A stretch of 64,000 nt of DNA, from positions 2,720,001-2,784,000 of the forward strand of contig CBDCJV010000002.1 in NCBI GenBank assembly GCA_965217895.1. The letters run 5' to 3'. Origin of the DNA: Waterburya sp. GTDB taxonomy: Bacteria > Cyanobacteriota > Cyanobacteriia > Cyanobacteriales > Xenococcaceae. The position numbers and the translations under genes were made by a program. The notes beneath the pieces were generated by a model. The model was given only the letters and a program-made list of their open reading frames with translations. It searched no databases and was not told where the DNA came from. This document shows, one piece after another, positions 42,120-52,604 of the stretch; the first letter of the stretch is position 1, and each line of letters begins with the position of its first letter.

Positions 42120-43148
42120 CTATATAATCGCATCTTTTATATCGCCGACTAATTCATCAATTCGAGATTTAGTAGTATCCCAAGCACAGACAAAACGAAC
42201 CCCTTCAACACCAATAAAGGTGTAAAAATTCCAGCCTTTAGCTCTTAAGGCTTTAATCACTGTTTCGGGCATTTTAAGAAAAACACTATTTACCTGCCTA
42301 GGGAACATCAGCTCAAGCTGCGGAATTACGGATAATCTTTGTTCAAGATACTCCGCGCATTCATTGGCATGACGAGCATTCCTCAGCCAAGCACCAGTCT
42401 CTAATAAACCTAAAAAAGGTGCAGCAATAAAGCGCATCTTAGAAGCTAGTTGTCCCGCTTGCTTGCAACGATAGGCAAAATCTTCGGCTAATTCTTTATT
42501 AAAGAAAATAATCGCTTCACCTAATGCCATGCCGTTTTTAGTCCCGCAAAAACACAATACATCTACGCCACATTTCCAGGTTATTTCTGCTGGAGTTTTG
42601 TTCATTGCTACTACCGCATTAGCAAACCTTGCACCATCCAAATGAATTTTCAATTGATATTTTTGGGCAATTTCCTTAATTGCCATTAATTCTTCAACTG
42701 TGTATAAAGTCCCTAATTCTGTTGCCTGAGTTAGGCTGATAACTTTAGGTTTGGGATAGTGAATATCCGTTCTTTTATTAATAATTGAAACAATAGCTTC
42801 GGTGGTTAATTTGCCATTGATTCCTTGACCTAACAGCAATTTAGAACCATTAGAAGCAAATTCTGGCGCACCACATTCATCAGTCTCAATATGAGCTAGT
42901 TCGTGACATATCACACTATGATAGGATTGACAAAGAGCAGCCAAGGATAAAGAATTGGCTGCTGTACCGTTAAAGACAAAAAAGACTTCACAATCAGCTT
43001 CAAAAACATTACGGAAATAGTCTGTTGCCTTTTGAGTCCATTCGTCATTACCATAGGCCAAGGCACTTCCTTGATTTGCCCTAATCATATACTCCATTGC
43101 TTCTGGGCAGATGCCAGAATAATTATCACTGGTAAATTGTTCTGACAT
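42120..43148 (-). CDS. Low-specificity L-threonine aldolase
   Basis: FTSDNYSG, NGTAANSL, HIETDECGAPE, HLDGARFANA, GTKNG, SKMRF. Confidence 0.9.
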   Translation of the reverse strand: MSEQFTSDNYSGICPEAMEYMIRANQGSALAYGNDEWTQKATDYFRNVFEADCEVFFVFNGTAANSLSLAALCQSYHSVICHELAHIETDECGAPEFASNGSKLLLGQGINGKLTTEAIVSIINKRTDIHYPKPKVISLTQATELGTLYTVEELMAIKEIAQKYQLKIHLDGARFANAVVAMNKTPAEITWKCGVDVLCFCGTKNGMALGEAIIFFNKELAEDFAYRCKQAGQLASKMRFIAAPFLGLLETGAWLRNARHANECAEYLEQRLSVIPQLELMFPRQVNSVFLKMPETVIKALRAKGWNFYTFIGVEGVRFVCAWDTTKSRIDELVGDIKDAII

Positions 43149-43185
43149 TAGCTTAAAGTCTCGGTAGTTGATTAAAGACACTGAT

Positions 43186-43626
43186 TCAAGGCGATAATGG
43201 CGATCGCCAAACATAAACTGGACAATGAGCTAGGCGGACTACCCTTTCTGTAACCGAACCGACAATAAAATGCTCTAAATTGTCTTGCCCGTGAGCAGGA
43301 ATCACGATTAAATCGATGTTTTTTTCTTGAGCATAGTCAACTATTTTCTTACTGGTTTTGCCAAACAAAACATCAAAGTGAACCTTTTGGTATTTTGGAC
43401 TGTCAAATTTGGTGCGAAAAGTTTTTTCTACGTTCTGCTTACGGGTTTCATCGTTAAGTTTATCCCAGACTATTCCTGGTTCAAAGGGAGATAAAGGAGA
43501 AAGTACATGGACTATATAAAGATGAGCAGGATCTTCGACAAATTCTAGAGTTTGCTCCTGTGCTATCGAAGCGAGTTCGGAAAAATCAGTCGGAAAAAGA
43601 ACGCGATTCTTGTCAAATAGGCTCAT
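43186..43626 (-). CDS. Universal stress protein
   Basis: VLFPTDFS..DLIVIPAHG..GSVTERVVRLAHCPV. Confidence 0.92.
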   Translation of the reverse strand: MSLFDKNRVLFPTDFSELASIAQEQTLEFVEDPAHLYIVHVLSPLSPFEPGIVWDKLNDETRKQNVEKTFRTKFDSPKYQKVHFDVLFGKTSKKIVDYAQEKNIDLIVIPAHGQDNLEHFIVGSVTERVVRLAHCPVYVWRSPLSP

Positions 43627-43677
43627 GATCTAAACCAAAATGGTGAGTTTTATTACTTAAGGATCGTCAAGATCGCT

Positions 43678-45255
43678 CTAATGTTTGGGGGTTATTTCTG
43701 GGCTTGAATTGCGCCTGGCAACTTCAGCATCATAAGTAAGCATTTGACCCGAATTCAGACGTTTCATATAGTCTTTGAGTTCTGAAGCTATCATTCCTGA
43801 GAGCAGATAGCAGCCGATTAAGTTAGGAATTGACATTGCCAAAATCATCATGTCACTAAAATCAAGTACCGCGCCCAGGTTAACTACCGAGCCAACAAAT
43901 ACGAAAAAGACAAACAAACCCTTGTAAATTAGAATGCTGCCGCCACCAAATAAATATTCCCAAGCTCTTTCGCCATAATAACTCCAGGAAATCATGGTAG
44001 AAAAAGCAAACAAGGCTACGGCGATCGCCAAAATTACAGGAAACCAGTTAGCTACCGTAGCGAAAGATTCAGTGGTCAATAACACCCCATCATCTATAGA
44101 AGCATCCTTATAAGTTCCAGTAATGACAATTACTAAAGCGGTCATATTACAAATTATAATTGTATCGATTAGAGGCTCTAGCAAAGCTACTAAGCCTTCT
44201 CTAAGGGGTTCGTCGGTGCGGGCAGCAGAATGAGCGATCGCTGCCGACCCAACTCCAGCTTCATTAGAAAAAGCACTGCGTCTGATTCCCTGCACCATTA
44301 CCCCAATAATGCCACCGCCGACTGCTTTGGGAGAAAACGCTTCTGTGAAAATAGTGGCGATCGCGTTGGGAATTTCCGTAAAGTTGCTCAAAATAATCCA
44401 TAAACAAGAACCAATATAAATTATTGCCATCAAAGGAACTAAACTGCCTGTAATCGAGGCAATACGAGTAAGACCGCCAATAATCACCACTCCTACCAAC
44501 GCAGCGACGATTATACCAAAGAGCCAGCTAGGTAGATTAGGAATAACATTGGCTACAGCGACATAAGACTGGTTTGCCTGGAACATATTGCCTCCCCCAA
44601 AAGAGCCACAGATACAGAGGATGGCAAACAAAGCTGCCAAACCTTTGCCTACAGGACGTAAACCCATATCTGATAGGGGACGAGAAATGTAATACATTGG
44701 TCCGCCAGCTATCGAGCCATCTGCTTTAACCCGTCGATATTTCTGAGCTAGGGTACATTCAGTGAACTTACTGGACATCCCAAAAAAGCCCCCCAGGGTC
44801 ATCCACAGTACTGCTCCTGGTCCTCCAGTCTGTACGGCGATCGCAACTCCAGCAATGTTACCTAATCCGACTGTCCCTGATAGTGCCGTTGCCAATGCCT
44901 GAAAGTGAGATACCTCACCATCATCGTTAGGATCGTCATATTTACCCTGCACAATATCGATAGCGTGTTTTAAACCGCGAATATTAACAAATCCCATTCG
45001 CAGCGTAAAGAAAATTGAGCCACAGATCAACCACAGCACAATTAGGGGAAAACCAGCAATTTCAAAAAAGAGTACTTTATCTAAAATATCAACAAGTTTA
45101 GAAAAAACGCTATCAAGCGCACCAATGAAACCCCCTGGTGCTTTTTCCTCCGCAGCTAGAGCTACGTTCGGTAAAGCAAAGCTGAGTACTATGACCAAAG
45201 CCAAACATGATTTCCATTTATGTTTAAATTCATATGATTGTTTTACAAGCTGCAT
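43678..45255 (-). CDS. Alanine/glycine:cation symporter (AGCS family)
   Basis: FQALATALSGTVGLGNIAGVA, GGPGA, GGPMYY, FSNEAGVGSAAIAH; start uncertain. Confidence 0.93.
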   Translation of the reverse strand: MQLVKQSYEFKHKWKSCLALVIVLSFALPNVALAAEEKAPGGFIGALDSVFSKLVDILDKVLFFEIAGFPLIVLWLICGSIFFTLRMGFVNIRGLKHAIDIVQGKYDDPNDDGEVSHFQALATALSGTVGLGNIAGVAIAVQTGGPGAVLWMTLGGFFGMSSKFTECTLAQKYRRVKADGSIAGGPMYYISRPLSDMGLRPVGKGLAALFAILCICGSFGGGNMFQANQSYVAVANVIPNLPSWLFGIIVAALVGVVIIGGLTRIASITGSLVPLMAIIYIGSCLWIILSNFTEIPNAIATIFTEAFSPKAVGGGIIGVMVQGIRRSAFSNEAGVGSAAIAHSAARTDEPLREGLVALLEPLIDTIIICNMTALVIVITGTYKDASIDDGVLLTTESFATVANWFPVILAIAVALFAFSTMISWSYYGERAWEYLFGGGSILIYKGLFVFFVFVGSVVNLGAVLDFSDMMILAMSIPNLIGCYLLSGMIASELKDYMKRLNSGQMLTYDAEVARRNSSPEITPKH

Positions 45256-45662
45256 CTGTTTCAGCTTTCCGATCAAGCATTGAATATTTCTCATAGTATT
45301 TATAGTCTTTTGACAATGAAAATTTAATTGTAGTGTTTTGGTAACTTGTATATTTTTAAAATAAAATGCACATTTTATTTTAATTGGCAAAGCTGGCTCA
45401 ATTATTATGCTTTATGAAAAGATAGGCGGTAACATTTTCTACAAAAAATGTCATAATTACTTTATTCTTTGTCAAAGCTATAGTTGATAATTCCTAAGTC
45501 TTGAATTTTGACTTGAGTTTTAAATAGTTTATTTAAGGGTAAATAATAGTTAATTGATAGCAGCTTATATAAAAAAGTAAAATTTAAATCTACCAAAATA
45601 ATGTCCTAACATTACTAATTAATACAGATAATTTTTAAGCTGGCATTAGTACATCAACTACT

Positions 45663-45770
45663 GTTGCTAAATGGCAATGCCTACAGGGCGCGCTTCGCGA
45701 TCGCCAGAATATTCTACTTCAACATTATTACCTGGTGTAGAGTACAAAGAAGAGGCAAATAACTATAGAA
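45663..45770 (-). pseudogene. Displaced, decayed duplicate of the 3' end of the GcvT-family gene, with a HIP1 insertion
   Basis: Aligns with about 46430-46510; 23 extra nt at the HIP1 site (45674-45704). Confidence 0.75.
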
Positions 45771-45783
45771 AACATAATATGTC

Positions 45784-46350
45784 ATGCAAACCTTTGCAGA
45801 TCCAAAACTTGCCAAAATTGTTGCTCAAGTTAATGTCAGTTCCTGTGAGGAAATTATTGAGCTTGATGCGTGTCGGCAGGGAATAAGCGATCTTTCAGGG
45901 ATCGAAAACCTCAAAAATCTCCGCAAACTGCACCTCGAACACAATCAGATCCACGATCTTACACCGTTGGCATTTTTGACGAGACTTACAGGTTTGTTCT
46001 TAAGTCACAATCAGATTGAGTTAATCGAACCACTTAATAGACTTACAGCTTTGCCTGCGTTAGATCTCAGTCATAATCGTATCAACGATCTTTCTTTCAT
46101 CGTTTATCAATAAGTCTAAGTTAACGTGGTTAAATCTCTCGCACAATAATATTAGCGATATCTCTGCACTAAAATCATGTCTCTATCTGACATAACTTAA
46201 CATCAGCAGTAATTATCTTGAAAATGTATCCATTTTTATAGAACTCACACAATTACGTTCGCTTAACTTAAGTGACAATTTGATAGTAGAGCTTCCTTGT
46301 CTTACACTATCGAGGACGATATTCCTGAAAACCAGATTCAGGAGCTAGAT
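45784..46350 (+). pseudogene. Internalin-like leucine-rich repeat protein, frameshifted
   Basis: L..L.L.HNQI.DL repeats; LRR continues in another frame after ~46100 (LTWLNLSHNNISDISAL..LT*LNISSNYL..LRSLNLSDNLI). Confidence 0.8.
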
Positions 46351-46410
46351 GTGAAAAACATGAGTAATTTTCGCCGTCCTGATTGGAAAAAGCAGACAGT
46401 AAATTGACCG

Positions 46411-48849
46411 TTAACCTAGATCCTTGACCGTTGCTAAATAGCGATCGCCAAAATATTCTATTTCGACATTAGTTCCAGGTGTAGAGTAAGCAAGAGGCAA
46501 ATAGGCATAAACAACGCATCTGCCCAGACTATAACCATAACCCGCACTAGTGGCATAACCTAATATTTTTCCTCCTGCTAAGATTGGCTCTTTACCCATA
46601 ATCACTACACTAGGGTCATCTAAGGTTAAATAGCAGAGTTTACGGCTTTGATATTGTTGGCGTTGAAGTAGAGCATCTCGACCGATAAATTCATCTTTAT
46701 TGGGCTTAACTGCAAAACCTAAACCAGCCTCATAAGGGTCGTATTCGGTATGAATATCTGTACCCCAGGCTAGATAGCCTTTTTCTAAACGTAGGGACTC
46801 AAACGCACCAACCCCAGCAGCAATGATGCCATAGGGTTGACCTGCTTGCCAAAGTAAATCCCATAGCTTTAGTCCTGATTCAGTAGGAACATAGATTTCC
46901 CAGCCTAGTTCTCCGACATAGGATACCCTCACGGCTAAAGCGGGAATTGCGCTAAGATAAATTTGGCGTGCGGTAAAGAAACCAAAGCCTTTATTTGAGA
47001 CATCGGTATCAGTGACTTCTGATAATACCTTGGGTGCTGAAGGTCCCCACAACCCCAGACAACAATAGCTAGAAGAGACATCGGCAATGTTTACTGAATT
47101 ATCTTTTGGTAAATGCGATCGCATCCAGGCTAAATCGTGACCGCCCACTGCACCTCCAGTTACTACCCAAAACCGATCTTTGTTTAGACAAGTTATGGTT
47201 AGGTCGCACATGATGCCAGCGTTAGCATCCAGCATTGAGGTGTAAGTTACTTTGCCGACAGTAGAATTAATCTGATTGGCACAAAGATATTGCAGATATG
47301 CTAAAGCTTTTTCTCCCGCGATCTCAAGCTTAGTAAATGATGTCAGGTCATACATTGCCACCCCTTCACGAGTTGCTAAATGTTCTGCCCCCTGGATGCT
47401 TGACCAGTTTTGTGCCGACCAGCCCTGACGTTTGGGAATAGTATATTTCTCTAGCAGCTTGGCATTGGATTCAAACCACTGAGGACGTTCCCAGCCAGCA
47501 CTAGTAAAGAACACTGCCCCCAACTCCTGCAAACGGGGATAAAAAGGACTCACCCGCAGTTGACGAGAATGAGTCGGCTGTGCCAGAGGATGAACAATAT
47601 CGTAAACTTGCCGATACTGTTGGGCTGCCCTTGCCCAAATATATTCACGGCTTTGAGCTACTTTCGGAAAACGGTTGATATCGCACTCATGCAAATCGAG
47701 GCTAGGGATTCCTGTAGTCAATAATTCCGCTACCATTTTACCCACGCCACCACCATGAGTTACCCAAACTGCTTCGGCGACCCAAAAGCCTTTAACTTGC
47801 TTAGATTCGCCGATGATCGGGAAGCTATCGGGGGTAAAAGACATCATGCCGTTTATTTTATAAGGCAATTCCTTCTGTGCCAAACTTGGCAGCAGTTCTA
47901 CTGTAGATTGCCATGCTGCTTGAAAATGTGATTCAGTAAATTGCTTTACCGACGGCATCATTGGCGAATCTTTGTCAGCCAGGATATCCTTGGGGTCTAC
48001 TAATAAAGGTTCGTGTTGATAAGAACCAATGCCGTAACAGTCGGAATGCTGGCGAAAATACATCGACCGATCTTGATGGCGCAAGATCGGCTGCACCACT
48101 TCACGAGTTTCCCCTGCTAATTCTGCTAAGGGAGAGGTTTTAACATATTGATGCTGTACGGGAACTAGAGGAATGATCTCTCCGACCATCTCGCCAATGA
48201 GAGATCCCCAAATGCCAGCACAGACTACAACTTTATCGGTAGTAATCTTACCTTTGTCGGTAACAACTGATTTGACTTGTCCCTGTTCTACTTCAATATC
48301 TAATACCTGAGTATCGCCATAAAACTTAGCTGCATCGGAGTCCATGGCAAAGTTGGCTAGTGCCTCTGCTGCCCTTACTGCTTTAGCAATACCGTCCGTA
48401 GGAACATAATAAGCACCGAGTATTTTAGTTTCATCCAGGAGAGGTATTTTTTCTTTTGCCTGTTCGGGAGTAAGCATTGCACCTTCAATACCCCAGGATT
48501 TTGCCCATCCTAGCTTGCGCTTTAGTTCTTGCCAACGGGCTTCGGTATAAGCCACTTCTACGCTACCCACCCCATAGAAAGCCAAACCTTCACTACTTTC
48601 AAGCTGACTGTAAAGTTCTACGGTGTATTTTGCCAGTTGAGTCATGGTCTTAGAAGAGTTGGTCTGAAAAACCAAACCAGGGGCATGGGAAGTAGAACCA
48701 CCAGTAGCAAATAGCGGACCGCGATCTATAACTATAATATCGCGCCAGCCAAGTTTTGCCAGATGGTAAGCGGTACTACAGCCAACTATTCCCGCACCGA
48801 TAATTACCAGTTTTGCCTTATTTTCCATTGGTATAAAGTCAGAGGTCAT
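46411..48849 (-). CDS. Dimethylglycine oxidase/dehydrogenase-like flavoprotein (DAO + GcvT domains)
   Basis: IIGAGIVG, GGSTSHAPG (flavinylated-His motif), SFTPD, AEAVWVTHGGG, GWERP, SYVGELGWE, SLRLEKGY. Confidence 0.88.
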   Translation of the reverse strand: MTSDFIPMENKAKLVIIGAGIVGCSTAYHLAKLGWRDIIVIDRGPLFATGGSTSHAPGLVFQTNSSKTMTQLAKYTVELYSQLESSEGLAFYGVGSVEVAYTEARWQELKRKLGWAKSWGIEGAMLTPEQAKEKIPLLDETKILGAYYVPTDGIAKAVRAAEALANFAMDSDAAKFYGDTQVLDIEVEQGQVKSVVTDKGKITTDKVVVCAGIWGSLIGEMVGEIIPLVPVQHQYVKTSPLAELAGETREVVQPILRHQDRSMYFRQHSDCYGIGSYQHEPLLVDPKDILADKDSPMMPSVKQFTESHFQAAWQSTVELLPSLAQKELPYKINGMMSFTPDSFPIIGESKQVKGFWVAEAVWVTHGGGVGKMVAELLTTGIPSLDLHECDINRFPKVAQSREYIWARAAQQYRQVYDIVHPLAQPTHSRQLRVSPFYPRLQELGAVFFTSAGWERPQWFESNAKLLEKYTIPKRQGWSAQNWSSIQGAEHLATREGVAMYDLTSFTKLEIAGEKALAYLQYLCANQINSTVGKVTYTSMLDANAGIMCDLTITCLNKDRFWVVTGGAVGGHDLAWMRSHLPKDNSVNIADVSSSYCCLGLWGPSAPKVLSEVTDTDVSNKGFGFFTARQIYLSAIPALAVRVSYVGELGWEIYVPTESGLKLWDLLWQAGQPYGIIAAGVGAFESLRLEKGYLAWGTDIHTEYDPYEAGLGFAVKPNKDEFIGRDALLQRQQYQSRKLCYLTLDDPSVVIMGKEPILAGGKILGYATSAGYGYSLGRCVVYAYLPLAYSTPGTNVEIEYFGDRYLATVKDLG

Positions 48850-48985
48850 CGAGTTGGATAAAAATCGCGCAAAGACGCAAAAGCGCAAAGAACAGTACAG
48901 AGACTTTTTGATTACAAGTTGTGCGGACTAAATATCAGAAGTCACCGAGTCAGGAGTTTTGAGGTCAAGATAGTATACTTACTTA

Positions 48986-50206
48986 TTACTTACATAGGAT
49001 CGCCTTCGCGACTAAACGTTGAAATTGATGAACCGTTGTTTCTAAAGCAGGAGAGAAGCAACCACCTTTAAATGCAGGTGAGTTTCTGCCTTTTTGCATC
49101 CGTTCGATGGTTTCTAAGTCTTCTTCGTTCGTAATTTTCCACAGGTCGATGGGAATCTGGCGTAAAGCTTCATATTCAATATCTGTTGCCCCATCGCCGA
49201 TGAAATAAAATGACATTCTTTCTACCGAACGACTGGGACTCAGGGGATTGACGGTCAAAGCTAAAAAGTAGTCGGGGTGAATGCCCAGCATTAAATTGGG
49301 AAAGACAGAAATATACTCGGCTACGGTTTCTCGCCCTGTTTTTGATAGATTGGGAAATACAGGTAGAGTTAGCTCGCCGATCGCCCCAATGCGATAAAGT
49401 TTACTACCTTGACCGACATGATTCTCTCCCACCTCAAAACCAAAATGGTCTTCCATGCGAGAACAGTTATTTAACTGTGGATGAACCCAGGGTAGGTGGT
49501 AACTTTCAGAAAAGTTTTCTACTGCCAGTTTCCAGTTGGCATCAAACTCAAAACTCAGATCCCGTCCGTGAGAGAGCAAGCTCAGATCGTAATCCGACCA
49601 TCTATCTATAACTGGCTGTAGATAATCTTTTAATGGCGGCGCATTGCCAGCCAAATTAATAAAAATTAGGTCAAGCCACTGTTCGCACCTAATTGACTGT
49701 AAATTTTTGCTAGTGCGATCGAATCCTTCATAGGTATCCTGCCAATAGCCGCCAAAGTGAGGCGTAGATTTTAGTTCACCGTCGAGATCGTATGCCCAGG
49801 AATGATAGGGACAGCGTATGCGCTTTTGCTGCTGACAGGGTTGAGTAACTAGCTGTAAGCCTCGGTGGGAACAAATATTGTGAAAAGCACGGATTTCCCC
49901 AGAGCGATCGCGCACCAGCATAATCGGCATCCCCGCCACCTCTACAGGAACTAAATCCCCAGAATTGGGCAAATCTGAACCTATTCCGACACAAATCCAA
50001 TGATTAGTAAATATAGTCCGTTGTTCACGGTTTAAAAAATCCTCACTGGTATATGCCTCAGCAGGTAAGCCAACAGCATTAGCCGTAGAATTATCTAAAG
50101 ATGCGATCTGCGAGTCAAAGGCAATCGCCTGTTCAATTTTGTTGCTCTGGAAATTCTTATTTGAATTTTGGTCATCGCTTAGACGCGCTAACACTTTCTC
50201 GGTCAT
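48986..50206 (-). CDS. Rieske non-heme iron oxygenase alpha subunit (choline monooxygenase / betaine demethylase-like)
   Basis: CSHRG..CPYHSW Rieske motif; NWKLAVENFSESYHLPWVH; EED..ERMQKG. Confidence 0.88.
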   Translation of the reverse strand: MTEKVLARLSDDQNSNKNFQSNKIEQAIAFDSQIASLDNSTANAVGLPAEAYTSEDFLNREQRTIFTNHWICVGIGSDLPNSGDLVPVEVAGMPIMLVRDRSGEIRAFHNICSHRGLQLVTQPCQQQKRIRCPYHSWAYDLDGELKSTPHFGGYWQDTYEGFDRTSKNLQSIRCEQWLDLIFINLAGNAPPLKDYLQPVIDRWSDYDLSLLSHGRDLSFEFDANWKLAVENFSESYHLPWVHPQLNNCSRMEDHFGFEVGENHVGQGSKLYRIGAIGELTLPVFPNLSKTGRETVAEYISVFPNLMLGIHPDYFLALTVNPLSPSRSVERMSFYFIGDGATDIEYEALRQIPIDLWKITNEEDLETIERMQKGRNSPAFKGGCFSPALETTVHQFQRLVAKAILCK

Positions 50207-50756
50207 AATTTACCTCGTCACGGGCAAAAATTATAAATATGCTTAAACAGTGATGATCTCACCAATAAAAATCCGCACGTAAGCCGTCTTTATATAACTA
50301 AAGAACAGATTAATAGTTGTCGTCGGCTATAAAATTATAAACCCAAGACTTCAGCAAGCATAACGTAAAATTAGCTTAACTAATTTAACTTGTAATTACA
50401 AGTGTAAAAGCCAAAATTTTGCTTTTATTTTTTATTGTAAAAATGTGTGCTTTTTTACAGTTTTAAAATTGCATTGGGCGTACAAAGAGTAGATAATCTA
50501 AAACCATGATTCTGAAAGACTAATCCTTTGATTCGAGTTCAAGCATTTAGACTTATAAAGAACTATGTTGATGATATTTGTCAGGATATCTTGAGTTTTT
50601 ATCTAAGGGCATTGCTCTTAATTCAATCAGCCATAGGGATTTATCGGCTTAATTTTGGCATATCAAGCTCGACGTAATATCTAATTAAATATTTAAACCG
50701 CTAAGTTATGAAAATTGAGTAGCTAACAATTTATTATTGGCAAAATAACTAAGAAC

Positions 50757-50868
50757 TAAGTAGGTAGGTGTAATTAAATATAAAATGGATTTGATAAAGG
50801 CCAGAGGTCAAAGGTCAGGGCAAAAAGTTAATGTTGGTATCTTATAAATGATTTCGCCCACCTACTTA
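50757..50868. mobile_element. MITE-like element family 2, copy 1 (TA-flanked)
   Basis: TIR TAAGTAGGT..ACCTACTTA; near-identical to 58716-58819. Confidence 0.8.
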
Positions 50869-50961
50869 CCTGATGTTATGAAAAAACACTTTAAAAATAT
50901 TTCTTAACTTATAGCTATTCAGATTTTGTGCTTATAATACCCTATTCAATGAGGAAAAATT

Positions 50962-52596
50962 ATGAATGGAAAAGAGCCTCGTTCGAGAAAAAGTTCTAGC
51001 CTTAATTCTTTAAAGCGAGTTCCTGGAGATAGAAATCTGCAAAAATGGGGGTTTGATATTCACCCAGAAGTTTTTTTTGTTTCGGCAGGACTAATTCTAC
51101 TTTTTGTATTAGTAACTCTTATTTTTCAGAAACCAGCAGAAGCAGCCTTTAGCAGCTTACAAACCTTTATTGCCAATGCAATGGGTTGGTTTATGATTTT
51201 GGTAGTTAGTATCTACTTAAGCGTAGTTGTCATTCTGGCATTTAGTCGGTTTGGCAAAATCCGCCTTGGAGGACAGAATGCTCGTCCAGAATTTCCCACC
51301 TTTGCCTGGCTTGCCATGCTTATGAGTGCAGGTATGGGAATTGGACTGATGTTCTGGAGCGTTGCCGAACCAGTTTTTCACTTTCAAACTCCGCCGATTG
51401 GTGGCGTGAAGACCAATACAGCAGCAGCAGCACAGGAAGCGTTGGGCATTACCTTTTTTCACTGGGGACTTCATGCCTGGGGAGTATATGCGCTTGTTGG
51501 ATTGGCTTTAGGCTTTTTTGCCTATAATCGCGGCTTACCTCTAACTATTCGTTCTGTATTTTATCCCCTGTTGGGCGATCGCATTTATGGTTGGTGGGGT
51601 AATGTAGTTGATATTCTAGCGGTGGCATCAACTTTGTTTGGACTAGCCACTTCTTTAGGTTTGGGGGTACAGCAGGTTAATGCAGGACTTAATTTCTTGT
51701 TCGGACTGGCGAACAATACTTCAGTTCAAGTTGCTTTGATTGCGATTATTACTGGTTTTGCCACCGCCTCCGTAGTATCTGGCTTGGATAGTGGCGTGCG
51801 CCGTTTGAGCGAACTGAATATGTTGCTGGCTGGTTTATTTATGGCGTTTGTGCTGTTAGCTGGACCAACATTATTTATTCTCGGTTCATTTGTGCAAACC
51901 CTTGGTTATTATATTGCCTCACTGCCTACCCTCAGCTTTTGGACGGAGACTTTCGAGCAAACCGACTGGCAAAATAGCTGGACAGTATTTTACTGGGGTT
52001 GGTGGGTATCTTGGTCGCCTTTCGTTGGTATTTTTATCGCTCGCATCTCTAAGGGTAGAACTATACGGGAGTTTATCTTAGGAGTTTTACTGCTACCTTC
52101 TTTACTGACTTTTTTATGGATGTCTACTTTTGGCGGTACGGCACTGTTTTTAGAACTAACTCAACCAGGGACAGCAATTAGCCAAGCGGTTGAAGATAAT
52201 GTAGCAACGGCACTGTTTGTGATGTTGCAGCAGTTACCTCTAACCGGCATCACTTCTTTTATTGGCATTATCTTAGTAGTCGTATTTTTTGTCACCTCTT
52301 CCGACTCAGGCTCGTTAGTAGTAGATAGCATAACCTCTGGAGGAAAATTAGATTCTCCTACTCCTCAAAGAGTATTTTGGGCAGTTACCGAAGGAGTAGT
52401 AGCAGCAGCTTTGCTTTTGGGCGGTGGTTTAGAAGCCCTACAAACTGCTTCTATTACTACAGGCTTGCCTTTTGCTGTAGTGCTTTTGGTAATGTGCTTT
52501 AGTCTCTATCGTGGTTTAAATGAAGAAATGGCAATGTTAGAGGCAGAGGAACTTAGAGAAACTGAGGTAGAAAAAAGCCTGATTGTGAATAAGTAA
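50962..52596 (+). CDS. BCCT family transporter (betaine type)
   Basis: SAGMGIGLMFW, FFHWGLHAW, WTVFYWGWWVSWSPFVGIFIARISKGRTIREF, TSSDSG. Confidence 0.93.
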   Translation: MNGKEPRSRKSSSLNSLKRVPGDRNLQKWGFDIHPEVFFVSAGLILLFVLVTLIFQKPAEAAFSSLQTFIANAMGWFMILVVSIYLSVVVILAFSRFGKIRLGGQNARPEFPTFAWLAMLMSAGMGIGLMFWSVAEPVFHFQTPPIGGVKTNTAAAAQEALGITFFHWGLHAWGVYALVGLALGFFAYNRGLPLTIRSVFYPLLGDRIYGWWGNVVDILAVASTLFGLATSLGLGVQQVNAGLNFLFGLANNTSVQVALIAIITGFATASVVSGLDSGVRRLSELNMLLAGLFMAFVLLAGPTLFILGSFVQTLGYYIASLPTLSFWTETFEQTDWQNSWTVFYWGWWVSWSPFVGIFIARISKGRTIREFILGVLLLPSLLTFLWMSTFGGTALFLELTQPGTAISQAVEDNVATALFVMLQQLPLTGITSFIGIILVVVFFVTSSDSGSLVVDSITSGGKLDSPTPQRVFWAVTEGVVAAALLLGGGLEALQTASITTGLPFAVVLLVMCFSLYRGLNEEMAMLEAEELRETEVEKSLIVNK

Positions 52597-52604
52597 TAAG
52601 TCTA

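Noticed and set aside
45671..45886. 71-aa ORF MAMPTGRASR
   Set aside because: Antisense reading of the displaced GcvT tail plus the HIP1 insert
50207..50961. Riboswitch or regulator for the betaine cluster
   Set aside because: No glycine riboswitch motif or convincing NtcA site recognised; AT-rich apart from the MITE
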